Origin: Candidatus Bandiella sp.
Lineage (GTDB): Bacteria > Pseudomonadota > Alphaproteobacteria > Rickettsiales > Midichloriaceae
Direction: 5' to 3'
Assembly: GCA_965229725.1 (NCBI GenBank)
Contig: OZ245923.1
Span: 994,992-1,058,991 of the forward strand
Length of the DNA stretch: 64,000 nt
The notes beneath the pieces were generated by a model. The model saw only the letters and a program-made list of their open reading frames with translations. It did no database searches and was not told where the DNA came from. Positions 51,745 through 63,138 of this stretch are shown here, piece by piece; within the stretch, counting starts at the first letter, position 1, and every line of letters starts with the position of its first letter. The position numbers were made by a program, and so were the translations under genes.

Positions 51745-54700
51745 TTGTTAAGCGTAAATTATCAAAAGATAGAGAAGAATTTATACTCCCCAAGATATAC
51801 AAAAGCCTATGTACTAAATAAATTATTAAACGAAAACACTTCTATTTTACATATTACCAATAGTGAGAAAAGTGCGCTGGAACTGTATAATTTTGCAAAA
51901 TTTTTTATATCAAGCAATGCACAAGCAATCTATTTGCCTGCAAGTGACAGCAATCCATATAGCTCAAATAATTGTACAAATTTTGCCCATAGAGCTAGTG
52001 CGCTCCACAAGCTTTCTAAACCTATAAATAATAAGAGATTAGTAATTTCAAGCATAGCAGGAGCAATTCAACACATACCTCCGATCGATATTATCCAAGA
52101 AATCAGTAAAAATTTGCAGATAAACAAACAATATGATTTTTCAGAATTAGTCAGATTTTTACATAACATTGGTTATAAAAGAGTTGATACAGTGGAAGAA
52201 TTTGGAGAATTTTCTGTGCGCGGAGGAATCATAGATATAGCTATGTTTAACCATGATTATGGAATTAGATTGAATTTCACAAATAATAATTTGGAGATAA
52301 TTAAAAAATTTGATTTACACACTCAAACTAGTATAGAAAAAATTGAATACACGACCATTATACCTGCGCATGAAATTTTTTTAGGTACCTCACTTAAGGA
52401 TTCATTTTTTAGTAGTTGCTCGAAACAATTTGATGCCAGTACAATAGAGTATTTACATAGTATAAATGATGCAAAATTTCGTGAAGAAGTTAGTTGTCTG
52501 CAATCAATATATTATAAAAATCCCAGCTGCATTTTTGACTACGTAATTAAGGATACAATTATAGTTAAGGAACATGATATTCAACTTCACATAGAGGAGC
52601 ATTGGCAATTACTAGATAAAAAATATCGCGCAAAGATAGAAGATAATGATTCCCTACATTTATTGCATTCACCTTTTGAGATATATTTATCGCCAGCCAA
52701 TATCAATACAAAAGCTGCAGCCTTTCCAAATTTCACCTTAACTCAATTCAACAATAATGAGGAAGATAAATTTGAACAAATCAATAATATATATCATACT
52801 TCTAAACTTGATAATATTTCAGAGCTAGAAGGTCTCAAGAAATTTTTATTTTCTAAAAATGCTAGCTTTAAGGATAAAAAGATAGCCCTGTTATTATCAA
52901 GTGAATCTAAATTGGATAGAATAAAAAATTACTTATCTCAACAGGGTTACGATCTTGATATAATAAGTAATATTGATGAAATCAAAATAAGTAAAAAAAG
53001 GTTTTTTTTATCAAAGTTATCCTTTGAAACAGGGTTCATTACAGATGATTTAGTCTTTATTACTGAAAAAGATATATTTGGAAAGGCTGCAATATACTCT
53101 AGTTCCAAAAAGAAAAATATTAAGAAATTTTCGCAAAGCTCACATAGCTTATATCCTGGAGAATTAGTTGTTCACAAAAAATTTGGGATTGGGAAATACG
53201 AGGGTATTCAGGAAATAAAAGCAAATAATATCATAAAAGATTTTATACAAATCACTTACCATAATGACGATAAGCTTTTTGTGCCAATTGAAGATTTTGC
53301 CCTAATAACAAAATATGGCAATAATGATATTAGCAGTTTAGATCAATTAGGAAAAAATTCTTGGAAATTGCGAAAAAGCAAAGCTAAAGATAAAATTGAA
53401 AAAATAGCCAAAAAATTAATTGATATTGCAGCTCAAAGAAAATTGAAAAAAGGTATTGAGTTAAACCCGATATATACGAGCTATGAAAAATTTTGCAATT
53501 CATTTGAGCATATTGAAACTGATGATCAAATATCAGCAATTGAAGATATAATAAAAGATTTTAGCTCTGGCTCTGCTGCAGATAGATTAATTTGCGGAGA
53601 TGTTGGATTTGGAAAAACTGAAATAGCCATGCGTGCAGCTTTTATTGCAGTAAAAGGCGATGATCCTGCTCAAGTTGCAATACTTGCACCAACAACTCTT
53701 TTGGTAAAACAGCATTATAGAACATTGTCATCTAGGTTTGCAGGGTTTGATGTAAAAATAAAAGCAATATCAAGAAATAACACTAAGAAGGAGAATGATA
53801 AAATTAAAGCGGACTTAAAATCAGGAGAAATTGATATAATAATTGGAACTCATTCTTTACTGACTGATAGTATTAGCTTTAAAAATTTAGCTTTAGCTAT
53901 TGTTGATGAAGAGCAAAATTTTGGTGTGGCACAAAAGGAAAAGTTGAAGCAATTCAAAAAAAACATACATGTGCTGACACTCTCTGCTACTCCTATTCCA
54001 AGAACGCTGCAAATGTCTTTAGTTGGAATTAGAGATTTGAGCATAATCAGCACCCCTCCCATAAGTAGAAAATCTATAAAAACTTATGTCTTGCCATTTT
54101 CTTTGGAAGTACTGAAGCAAGCTATATCTAGAGAAAATGGAAGAGGTGGCATTGTACTTATTGTTACTCCTAGAATTCAATATCTTGATGATATTGAAAA
54201 ATTAATCAAAAAGCATTTTTCTCATTTAACATCTCGTACAATCCACGGCAAAGCTGATAGTAAATCTATTGAAAAAACTCTACTAGAATTGAGAAAAAAT
54301 GATATAGATATTTTAATAAGCACTCAAATTATCGAGTCTGGATTAGACATTGAAAATGCTAATACTATCGTAATAGATAAATCTAATATGTTTGGTTTAT
54401 CACAGCTATATCAAATAAGGGGAAGAGTTGGAAGAAGAAACCAACAAGCATATGCATATCTAACATATGATCCAAAAAACAAATTTAAACCTGAAATTCA
54501 GGAAAGGCTTTCAACAATTCAATCGCTAGATCAACTGGGCTCAAGTTTAAGCTTAGCTACTGCTGATATGGATATGAGAGGTTATGGAAATTTAATAGGT
54601 GATGAGCAATCTGGTAATATCAGAGATATAGGGGTAGAGTTATATCAACAAATGCTATTTGATACTATAAAAATACTTGAAGAAGGAGGTGCGCATAAAA

Positions 54701-55092
54701 ATGCCACTTTTGAAGATCAAGAATTAAATCCAAAAATCATTACTAAAGATTCAATCTTGATACCAAAAAACTATATAAATAATGAAGCCCTCAGATGCAT
54801 GATGTATAGAAAAATAATGTCCTTAGATACTTTAGAAGAGTTTGATAAGTTGATGGATGAGCTGATTGATAGATTCGGTGCATTGCCTATTGAAGTCAAA
54901 AATTTAATTGATGTTGCAAAAATTAAATTTTTTGCTAAAAAATGTTTAGTTGAAAGAATAGAAATATATAAAGAGCAATCCATTATTAAATTTAGCAAAA
55001 TCAATGCAAAAAGCACTCAATTCTTTAAGGATTTTGAAGTTTTAAATAATCTATTGAAAGCTAAATCCAACAAAGTAATCTGCAACAATTGA
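51745..55092 (+). CDS. mfd: Transcription-repair coupling factor
   Basis: GEFSVRGGIID, VVHKKFGIG, CGDVGFGKTE, DEEQ, SATPIPRTL, QIRGRVGR. Confidence 0.97.
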   Translation: MLSVNYQKIEKNLYSPRYTKAYVLNKLLNENTSILHITNSEKSALELYNFAKFFISSNAQAIYLPASDSNPYSSNNCTNFAHRASALHKLSKPINNKRLVISSIAGAIQHIPPIDIIQEISKNLQINKQYDFSELVRFLHNIGYKRVDTVEEFGEFSVRGGIIDIAMFNHDYGIRLNFTNNNLEIIKKFDLHTQTSIEKIEYTTIIPAHEIFLGTSLKDSFFSSCSKQFDASTIEYLHSINDAKFREEVSCLQSIYYKNPSCIFDYVIKDTIIVKEHDIQLHIEEHWQLLDKKYRAKIEDNDSLHLLHSPFEIYLSPANINTKAAAFPNFTLTQFNNNEEDKFEQINNIYHTSKLDNISELEGLKKFLFSKNASFKDKKIALLLSSESKLDRIKNYLSQQGYDLDIISNIDEIKISKKRFFLSKLSFETGFITDDLVFITEKDIFGKAAIYSSSKKKNIKKFSQSSHSLYPGELVVHKKFGIGKYEGIQEIKANNIIKDFIQITYHNDDKLFVPIEDFALITKYGNNDISSLDQLGKNSWKLRKSKAKDKIEKIAKKLIDIAAQRKLKKGIELNPIYTSYEKFCNSFEHIETDDQISAIEDIIKDFSSGSAADRLICGDVGFGKTEIAMRAAFIAVKGDDPAQVAILAPTTLLVKQHYRTLSSRFAGFDVKIKAISRNNTKKENDKIKADLKSGEIDIIIGTHSLLTDSISFKNLALAIVDEEQNFGVAQKEKLKQFKKNIHVLTLSATPIPRTLQMSLVGIRDLSIISTPPISRKSIKTYVLPFSLEVLKQAISRENGRGGIVLIVTPRIQYLDDIEKLIKKHFSHLTSRTIHGKADSKSIEKTLLELRKNDIDILISTQIIESGLDIENANTIVIDKSNMFGLSQLYQIRGRVGRRNQQAYAYLTYDPKNKFKPEIQERLSTIQSLDQLGSSLSLATADMDMRGYGNLIGDEQSGNIRDIGVELYQQMLFDTIKILEEGGAHKNATFEDQELNPKIITKDSILIPKNYINNEALRCMMYRKIMSLDTLEEFDKLMDELIDRFGALPIEVKNLIDVAKIKFFAKKCLVERIEIYKEQSIIKFSKINAKSTQFFKDFEVLNNLLKAKSNKVICNN

Positions 55093-55130
55093 TATTATCA
55101 GAATGATAAAAATTAAAAAAGCTGGATAAT

Positions 55131-56618
55131 TTATTTCCCCAATCTTATTTCAGAATTTTCTCTACTTTCCTTTAATTTACTTTGATGCTGATTTTGTGAC
55201 ATTTTTGGATCTGGTTTGAACTTATAATCATTCCCGAATAATTCTGCATCAACAGGATCATATCCTTCATCTTTTTGCGCTTTTTGATTAACTACGTCAT
55301 ATTTTTTCAAATTACCCTCCTCTAAAGTACTGCTTATGCCCAATAACATTTCATTCTCTTTGATTTGTTTTAAACTTACCTTTATGTGATCAGTAAGCTC
55401 TTCTTCATCTATATTCTGCTTTTTATATTCTGGAACGATATTGAGTACTTTTTCTGCAATCCAATCTTTTGCTTTCCCCACTACATCTAAAATCTCTTTT
55501 TCATAAATATATCCACTTACAACTCCAACAGCACTTCCTGCAGATATTGCCAGCGTTGTAGCCATAATACCTGCACCTATCATAGGTATTGTGGCTCCCA
55601 TACCAAATCCTAATATGCCGCAAATTATTGCACAACCAACCTTACTGTAAGTAGGCCATAATTGATCAACATCCTTTTTAAATTTTTGCTTACTATTATT
55701 ATAAATATCCTCTGGTCTTTTGCCCTCACCAGCACTTTCATTATAGGAATTTAAATCAGATAAAGCTTTATTAAGGCCATCATATGCTTCATATACAGCA
55801 GAGCCTCCCACTACAAGTTTAGCAGGAATATTGTTTGCCATTCCTGCTGTTGCACAAAGCATTGCTGCGAGTGGAAGACTTGTAACTGCACCATCTAATC
55901 CCGCAACTCCTGTTGCCAGAGCCACAGCTCCTAATTCTGCAAGCTTATCTCCTATATAACTATCAATATACCCTTTAGCATAGAAACTCTCTTTATATTG
56001 ATTTAATGCTATATCCTCTAACAATGCTCCCAAAGCACTAGCACCACCAATACCAATATATGAAGTTCCTAAAGGAGTCGCTAAGCTTGCCCCTCCTGCT
56101 ACAACAGCCATCAATAAACTTGCCCCTATTCTTTGACATTTAAATCTATCATTACTTCCATCGGCATTTTTTTGACAAAATCCATATCTACCAGTATTTA
56201 GTAACTCCTCATATTTTTTATCCTCTCCTTTTGCATCTTTGAATCTATCTACAAAAATGCAATCATCAAAATTTCCACCACTAAAAGCACAAGCAATATG
56301 AGTCTTATCAAATCCCCAATATTTATCAATAGTGTTGCCTTTGATTTTCTTTAGCACTTTAGTAATCGCATGGTCATCACCTTTTTCCTCAGGAGGCCAA
56401 TAATTGTCAATCCGTATTTTAATTGTTTTCTCTTTATAAGATGGATCATCAATGGCTAAGCATTGTTTTACATAATCCACAAAACTTTTTTGATACGCTA
56501 AGTCCTCTTTGTTGTTATACCCCTCAAGGTAATTTTCAAGAAATTGAGAATTTTTTTGCTCATCTCTTGAAATATATATTGTAACTAACTCATTGTCAGG
56601 CGTATCTCCATCGTCCAT
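55131..56618 (-). CDS. Hypothetical protein (495 aa) with three Gly/Ala-rich hydrophobic segments, candidate effector
   Basis: ORF track; no signal peptide; basic tail HQSKLKESRENSEIRLGK. Confidence 0.8.
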   Translation of the reverse strand: MDDGDTPDNELVTIYISRDEQKNSQFLENYLEGYNNKEDLAYQKSFVDYVKQCLAIDDPSYKEKTIKIRIDNYWPPEEKGDDHAITKVLKKIKGNTIDKYWGFDKTHIACAFSGGNFDDCIFVDRFKDAKGEDKKYEELLNTGRYGFCQKNADGSNDRFKCQRIGASLLMAVVAGGASLATPLGTSYIGIGGASALGALLEDIALNQYKESFYAKGYIDSYIGDKLAELGAVALATGVAGLDGAVTSLPLAAMLCATAGMANNIPAKLVVGGSAVYEAYDGLNKALSDLNSYNESAGEGKRPEDIYNNSKQKFKKDVDQLWPTYSKVGCAIICGILGFGMGATIPMIGAGIMATTLAISAGSAVGVVSGYIYEKEILDVVGKAKDWIAEKVLNIVPEYKKQNIDEEELTDHIKVSLKQIKENEMLLGISSTLEEGNLKKYDVVNQKAQKDEGYDPVDAELFGNDYKFKPDPKMSQNQHQSKLKESRENSEIRLGK

Positions 56619-56756
56619 AATTAAACCTCACCAAAAAATCACATTCAAGCAAAGCTATCATAATAATTTTGAGAGAACAATAAATTTGATACATAAATAA
56701 AACATATCGTTTTTTTAACGTTGGAGAATACTCAAGAATAATATTAAATGTCTAGT

Positions 56757-59700
56757 CTAATATTCATATTTCCAATTTATACCAAGACTGCTCTCACTAG
56801 TCGCACTAGTGTCGCTCTCAATAAAAATACGCGGTGATATTTCAATCTCAACATGCGCTTTTTCACTGCCAGCTTGAATACCTCTTTCTACTTCAAAGTA
56901 GACTTTATTACCAATATATTTCCCTACACCTATTGTAGTATCATCATTAACTGTATTATTAGTGACGCTTATATTATCAACACCAAAAAGGTTTCTAATT
57001 TTACCTAAAGGATCTATAATACTACCACCTTTACCTAATAATTTTTTAAGGCTTGCTGCTAATTGTATTACTTGTATTGGAGTAATTTTCGTTGCTGTTT
57101 TACCGAACAATAAAAGAGATAAAACATCTTCTTGCGGCATTATAGGAATTGACTCTATCCTTAATAATGGATTTTTTACTGACCCAGTCAGTATGACTTT
57201 TATCTCCACATCAGACTGAGTTATACTGCCAATAATATTTAAAAATGGAGAGGGCGGCACCTTCCCTTCAAACAATAATTCAGCTTTTTTTAAATAAAGG
57301 TTTTTTCCAAACTCCTCATATCGTCCTCGAATACTATTAAGTTTACCACTAATCTCTAAATCAGATGTAGTACCTCTTAAAGATAGCTTCCCTTGTAATT
57401 CTGCATCTAACCCCAAACCTCGTATAAATACTTTGCGATCTGCTCTTATTCCTATGTTAAGTGCCATTATATAAGGTTTCTGTGTAGATCCCAATGTAGT
57501 CAGCTTAGAAGAATTATTAGGGATAGTAGCAACAATGTTTAATTCTGGAATATTTTGGATAATACGCTCTGGCAAACGAATTTCTATTAGATCACTTTGT
57601 AATGTTCCTCTAATTTCCCCTGCTTTATCATTACCTGCCACAGTAATATTACCAGAAATAATTCCATAAAATCTGGGGTGATTAAGGAGTTCAAATTTCT
57701 TAGTAGCAAGGTTTAAATTATATTCATATTGTCTGAAATTAGTGAAATTGACTTTTCCCTTGCTAATAATTTTATTGCCTTTAGCATCCTCAGCATGAAA
57801 ATTAGTTAGATTGATTGATCTGTTATTTAAATTAAGTGCGAGGGTGATTTTATTTAGATTTATTTGCATGGGCAAATAATTATATGATCCATTTTTTAGG
57901 CTGATATTTCCAAAAAATTGTGGAGAATTTAAATTACCGGATATTTTAATTTTACCCTTTATATCACCTTTTATAATATGCTCTGGTGATAAAAATAGCT
58001 CCAATAATTTGGCACTATTTAGCGCCATATTAACACTACCTTCAATTGGCGCTGTTTTATCTAATGAGAGCTTAAGAGGGTTGAGACTAAAGTGAGCTGG
58101 CAAATTTAAATCAATACGTGAATTTATTTTTGAATTATCCCTGACAATAGTGTTGATGATTGCTTTACCATTATGCAACATTACATGAGATTCTATATTA
58201 GATAATTGAAGAGATGAATTTAACTTCATGTTAATAAATTCAGCCTGTAATTCTAATTTCGGCGATTGGATATCCCCACTAATATTTAAATTAATATTTG
58301 CTTTAGAGTTATTAAATATTTCTGATTTATCTGCCCATAATTCATAAAGAGGAATATTCTTGCCTTTAACTGTTGCATCAATTACCTCATCTTTTTGCTT
58401 TATATCAATCGCACACCTGCCTCTGCCAATTACTAAATTTGGCATTGTGAGAATAAATATATCTCCTTGTTTTTGTGTAGCAATTTTTGTTTTGCTGCTG
58501 AATGGAATATTTTGATAATAACCTTGTAAGGATGCTATTTTAAAATACCAATTGTTTTTAGATATAAAATTTACATCTCCAATGGTAGCAATATGAAATT
58601 GTTTTAGTGAGCCACCAGTGGCATCAATCTGAGTAGTCCACTTATCATTATCTCTTAAAGAAGTAAATGATGCTTTATCAACAATGATATTATTAAAGAA
58701 GATATTTGTTGATTTTATCTTTATAAAATTAGGAATGCTATTCCACAGATCATCAAATTCTATTTGAGTTTGCACAGATAATGCCTTTACTTGCTCTAAT
58801 TCAATATTCTTGAAATTAAGTTTCACAGATGCAGTTTGTATTTGTGTAATTTTTCTCGAGCTTAATTTAACAGAAATTTCTGCACTTCCATAAAATGAAT
58901 TAGGTATATAATTATGAAATTTCTCAATACTAGGAATTTGGGCATATAATTTCCCTTCCATGATAGTAGTATTTCTATCTATAAGAAGCGATCCCTTAAG
59001 CTTACTATTAAGATAATTTCCTGAGATATTATCTAGCTTAAGCATAGTATCAAACCATTCATATCGCATTGTAGCTTTATCATGTTCTGATAAGACAATA
59101 TTGATGTTACCACTCCATTTTTGAGCATTTTTTTCACTGGTTATATTAGTAGTCATATCTGGAATAATATGCTTAAGATACGTAGCATCATACGAATGAA
59201 GTGTTGTTTTAATTATTGGACTTTGGATAGTTCCAGAAACAATAGCATCTGCCTGCAATCCACCACTCATATTTTTTATCCAATTGCTAACGTCTATTTT
59301 ATCTGTACGTAATGTTGCTGTCAGCGCATTAGTAGAAATGTTTAATGCACCATTGCCAAATATATTTAAATTTGGACTAGAAAGATTCATGGATGTTACA
59401 GTGAGTAAATCTTCATTTAGAAGAAAATTACCTGTGGAATTTAAACTTATTTTTTGAAATCCAAGCAATGGCCTTTTTGCAGTTACTAGAGTTTCAAATG
59501 CAACTTTTTTTGATGAAGATAACCAATTAACAGATCCCATAAATGAACTAATTAAATCTTCCTTTAATTGCGTTATTGATTTTATAATAATCAACTCATC
59601 TATATTGATCTTTTGCACTGAGATATCTAAATTTCCAGTATCCTTATTATTAGAAACATTAATCTCAGGAACCCTTGATACAACTAATTTATTGGCGGTA

Positions 59701-60041
59701 ATTTTACTGAAAATCAGATGTTTTTTAATATTGAAAGTAGGTAAAAGTCCAACAGATAAATCATTTATTTTAAGCCATACACCTTGCGCGTCAAGCAATG
59801 ATACTTGCTCTATTTTAGCAATGAATGGTAAATCAAAACTGATTCCCTGAGCTCTAACCTTATAGCCTAAACTTTTTGACAATTGATTTTCAGTTTGATC
59901 TTGAATAAAAGCTTTGCCTGATTCACTAGATAGCCAATATAGCGCTCCTGCAAGTGCTAATAATACTACCATTAACACAACTGATAAAAGCTTAAGTAAC
60001 AAATCAACAATTTTTTTAATATGAAAATTATATGTCATCAA
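56757..60041 (-). CDS. tamB: Translocation and assembly module subunit TamB
   Basis: N-terminal anchor, DUF490 C-terminus (GLDAELQG, LSLLLFGK, VGKYIG, NWKYEY). Confidence 0.92.
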   Translation of the reverse strand: MMTYNFHIKKIVDLLLKLLSVVLMVVLLALAGALYWLSSESGKAFIQDQTENQLSKSLGYKVRAQGISFDLPFIAKIEQVSLLDAQGVWLKINDLSVGLLPTFNIKKHLIFSKITANKLVVSRVPEINVSNNKDTGNLDISVQKINIDELIIIKSITQLKEDLISSFMGSVNWLSSSKKVAFETLVTAKRPLLGFQKISLNSTGNFLLNEDLLTVTSMNLSSPNLNIFGNGALNISTNALTATLRTDKIDVSNWIKNMSGGLQADAIVSGTIQSPIIKTTLHSYDATYLKHIIPDMTTNITSEKNAQKWSGNINIVLSEHDKATMRYEWFDTMLKLDNISGNYLNSKLKGSLLIDRNTTIMEGKLYAQIPSIEKFHNYIPNSFYGSAEISVKLSSRKITQIQTASVKLNFKNIELEQVKALSVQTQIEFDDLWNSIPNFIKIKSTNIFFNNIIVDKASFTSLRDNDKWTTQIDATGGSLKQFHIATIGDVNFISKNNWYFKIASLQGYYQNIPFSSKTKIATQKQGDIFILTMPNLVIGRGRCAIDIKQKDEVIDATVKGKNIPLYELWADKSEIFNNSKANINLNISGDIQSPKLELQAEFINMKLNSSLQLSNIESHVMLHNGKAIINTIVRDNSKINSRIDLNLPAHFSLNPLKLSLDKTAPIEGSVNMALNSAKLLELFLSPEHIIKGDIKGKIKISGNLNSPQFFGNISLKNGSYNYLPMQINLNKITLALNLNNRSINLTNFHAEDAKGNKIISKGKVNFTNFRQYEYNLNLATKKFELLNHPRFYGIISGNITVAGNDKAGEIRGTLQSDLIEIRLPERIIQNIPELNIVATIPNNSSKLTTLGSTQKPYIMALNIGIRADRKVFIRGLGLDAELQGKLSLRGTTSDLEISGKLNSIRGRYEEFGKNLYLKKAELLFEGKVPPSPFLNIIGSITQSDVEIKVILTGSVKNPLLRIESIPIMPQEDVLSLLLFGKTATKITPIQVIQLAASLKKLLGKGGSIIDPLGKIRNLFGVDNISVTNNTVNDDTTIGVGKYIGNKVYFEVERGIQAGSEKAHVEIEISPRIFIESDTSATSESSLGINWKYEY

Positions 60042-61858
60042 AATGCCTGCCCTATACTAAAATATAATTGGTATGCTTTATCTATACCACCAGCACGTTT
60101 GTGCAAAGGCATTGCTATATCTGCTCGCAAAGGTCCAAACTGAGTATAATAACGTAATCCAACTCCAACACCACAACGCATTCCATTCTTAAAATTAGGA
60201 ATTACAGAATCATATACATTTCCCGCATCAACAAAAGCGACTATTCCATAGTCATTATTAATGCGTATCCTCAATTCTGTAGAAAGCTCAATAAATGAAC
60301 GCCCCCCTAGGGGAATATTTTTTTTACCAATTGGCCCTACTGATTGGTATTCATATCCTCTTAAAGAACCACCTCCTCCTATATAAAAGCGTTTTGTTGC
60401 AGGTATGGTAGTGTTTGCGCCAATAATGCTTCCTGTGGCTGTACGCAGTGCTATTATTGGTTTGCCAATTACTGGTATGGAGTGATATATGGTACCACTC
60501 AATTTATTTTTGATAAAAGTAGTGCTGCTATTTAGAGTATTTAAGCTTGGTTCAATATTAATCTTAAATGTCCAACCCTTTTTAGGATTAAGTATATCAT
60601 CTCGTTTATCTTGCGAAACAAACATAGGCACAGAGAGCAACATTAAATTTTTAGAATTATCTTGTTTTTTAACCTGTTCAAAATTATATTTCGCTCCTAT
60701 ACCAATAATTCTTTTATTGCTAAGATCACGCTCAATATTGCCCGATATATCAAATCCTTTAGATCGATATGCTTCATTGCTCTCTTTTTTAAAGGTACCA
60801 TCTATTTTTAAACGTTGATTATCTTTTAAGAAAAAAGGCTTAACTAATTGCACTCCCAGTTGACTTTTTATTTTTGCTAAGGATAGTGATGCAGAAAATT
60901 TTTCTCCGTGTCCCAAAAAATTATTGTGTTCCCACTTTGTATTGAACCCTAAACCAATATCTGTACTATAACTTATACCTGTTTTTATTGATCGATACTT
61001 TCCTTCCTTGAGATTAAATATAATGGGCACTGTTCCATCAGATGCTGGTGATTGGGGTAGCACAACATTCACTTCTGCAAAAAGCCCTGATTTTTGCAGT
61101 TGGGTTTTAGCAGTGTTTATTTCTGATTGTTTAAAACATCTCCCCTCTTTAATGGATACTAGTCTATTTAAATAGAGGGGAGCTACTGTTAGATTTCCCA
61201 CAAAATTAATTTTTCCAAAAGTAGCTTTACTACTAACGGTAATATTATAAGTAATATCAATTTGCTTTTTTAAATTATTTACCACAGCGTCATGTTTAAC
61301 ATCATACTTGAAAAAACACTTATTCACTTCAATCCATTTTTCAATTGATTGCTGATCTTCTATCACATTTGAAACTAATGCAGGTGCGTTAGTAATAGCT
61401 TTTAAGGATATTGCTGAAGTGATATCTAGTGGTTGAATTGCATCAAATTTTTTTTTATTAATTAACAATTGAATTTTTCCAAATTTATATTGCACTCCTG
61501 CATCAACTCTAAATTCTACTGTTGCAGCTTTCTTCTTTAATACAGGTTTAATTTTTGATTTATAATATCCCTGTGATTCAAGTATTTTTCGAATATATAA
61601 ATTATCTTGTTCAATGCGGTAGTTTAGATTGATTGTATCAATTAAACCTCTATCTATACGCTGCTCTAAATAAATTTGTGTCTCCTGAAGTACACTATTT
61701 AATGTTTTGTTAGAGTTTTTTTTCAGACTGATAATAACGTGATAGTCATGTTGTTGCTTATGAAATTTAGCTTCTGCACATGAAGAAAAAGAAAATATAA
61801 ACAGTATATGAAAAACGAATAACAAAAAAGAGAAGTATACAGCTATGAGATTTTTCAC
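60038..61858 (-). CDS. tamA: Translocation and assembly module subunit TamA (Omp85 family)
   Basis: POTRA domains, RFYIGGGGSLRGY, GPLRADIA, YFSIGQAF. Confidence 0.93.
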   Translation of the reverse strand: MKNLIAVYFSFLLFVFHILFIFSFSSCAEAKFHKQQHDYHVIISLKKNSNKTLNSVLQETQIYLEQRIDRGLIDTINLNYRIEQDNLYIRKILESQGYYKSKIKPVLKKKAATVEFRVDAGVQYKFGKIQLLINKKKFDAIQPLDITSAISLKAITNAPALVSNVIEDQQSIEKWIEVNKCFFKYDVKHDAVVNNLKKQIDITYNITVSSKATFGKINFVGNLTVAPLYLNRLVSIKEGRCFKQSEINTAKTQLQKSGLFAEVNVVLPQSPASDGTVPIIFNLKEGKYRSIKTGISYSTDIGLGFNTKWEHNNFLGHGEKFSASLSLAKIKSQLGVQLVKPFFLKDNQRLKIDGTFKKESNEAYRSKGFDISGNIERDLSNKRIIGIGAKYNFEQVKKQDNSKNLMLLSVPMFVSQDKRDDILNPKKGWTFKINIEPSLNTLNSSTTFIKNKLSGTIYHSIPVIGKPIIALRTATGSIIGANTTIPATKRFYIGGGGSLRGYEYQSVGPIGKKNIPLGGRSFIELSTELRIRINNDYGIVAFVDAGNVYDSVIPNFKNGMRCGVGVGLRYYTQFGPLRADIAMPLHKRAGGIDKAYQLYFSIGQAF

Positions 61859-62001
61859 GTATCCTTGAAGTATTATATATTACTTTCTCAATCATAATTT
61901 TGATTATAAACTGTTTACGCTATATTTGAAAGTTTAATCTCCTTTGAGTTAAATCACTCATGGCCTCTAACAGAAGCTATTGGGTTTACCATTGAATATT
62001 T

Positions 62002-62970
62002 TTAAGGTATTGCACATTTAATGCCATTTGCTTTAAATTCCTCAAAAAGTACTAATTTGATGTCATTTATTGGAACATCTATCCCATTTGTCACATCTTT
62101 AAGCCATATTACTAACTGCATTTCAATAACTCCTTCCTTAAATGCCTTAAATGTGCAAACAGGCTTAGGATCTTTTGGTACCATTATATTTGAGTTTGCT
62201 ATATCTAGCATAAGTAATTGAGCTTTTTTTACGGTAGTATCACAAAATAGTTTTACAGAAATTTTAACTTCTCCCTTCTTATTATAATAAGTCCAATTGA
62301 TAATTTTATTCGTCATCATATCTTCGTTAGGAATTATTATAACTTTCCCACTAAAAGTTTTTAGTAAGGTGAATCTTGTATATATTGTTAGTACAAGACC
62401 AATAGTGCCATTATTTAATTCTATTAAGTCCCCAGGTTTAATTGATTTTTCTAATAATAAAATAATACCACTAACAAAATTAGAAGTTATCTTTTGTAAC
62501 CCAAAACCTAGAGCTACAGTTATAGCACCACTAAAAAAGGCTATACTGCTTAAATTTACACCCAATATTTCTAAAGAAATAAAGAAAATTATTACATAAA
62601 TAATTGTAGTAACAATTTTCATAATTAATTGTGCATTAAAGGTAGTAACTTTTTTAATGTTGAAGATTTTATTTTCTAATTGATAAATAATAATCTTATT
62701 TATCCATAGCATTATGATTATAGTTAGAAAAACCTTTAAAAATAAATAAAAAGGAATCTGAATTTCACCAATTTTAATGGTTAGCAAATCTGTACTGAAT
62801 ATTGTTGTCAGTATCCCTAAATATTTCAGGATAGCAAATACTGCCAATATAGCCAACGCGTATATGATTATTTTTTTAAAATTAAAATGTTTTGTAGTCA
62901 TTAAGTTTTTATATTTATAAATCTTTATACTATCTTTTATATTTTTAAGATTAAATACCATTAATAACAT
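62002..62970 (-). CDS. MscS-family mechanosensitive channel
   Basis: ALGFGLQKITSNFVSGIILL, KPGDLI, IIPNE, INWT. Confidence 0.92.
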   Translation of the reverse strand: MLLMVFNLKNIKDSIKIYKYKNLMTTKHFNFKKIIIYALAILAVFAILKYLGILTTIFSTDLLTIKIGEIQIPFYLFLKVFLTIIIMLWINKIIIYQLENKIFNIKKVTTFNAQLIMKIVTTIIYVIIFFISLEILGVNLSSIAFFSGAITVALGFGLQKITSNFVSGIILLLEKSIKPGDLIELNNGTIGLVLTIYTRFTLLKTFSGKVIIIPNEDMMTNKIINWTYYNKKGEVKISVKLFCDTTVKKAQLLMLDIANSNIMVPKDPKPVCTFKAFKEGVIEMQLVIWLKDVTNGIDVPINDIKLVLFEEFKANGIKCAIP

Positions 62971-63076
62971 TTTTATTGAGCTAACAAAAGATACTTATGC
63001 AATGTAAAGAATAAGTACTCTTGAACTTAAGGCCTAACTGTTCTTCCTGGGTCATTTGACCTTCCGCTAGTTTAAC

Positions 63077-63120
63077 TTGATAATACTAAGAGTACTATGT
63101 ATAGTACAGTGTGATATCAC
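63077..63120 (+). promoter_or_regulatory. Promoter overlapped by two palindromes
   Basis: TTGATA, 17-nt spacer, TATAGT; GTACTAT-GT-ATAGTAC (63092-63107) and GTGATATCAC (63111-63120). Confidence 0.5.
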
Positions 63121-63138
63121 CTTTTTTATATAAAGATT

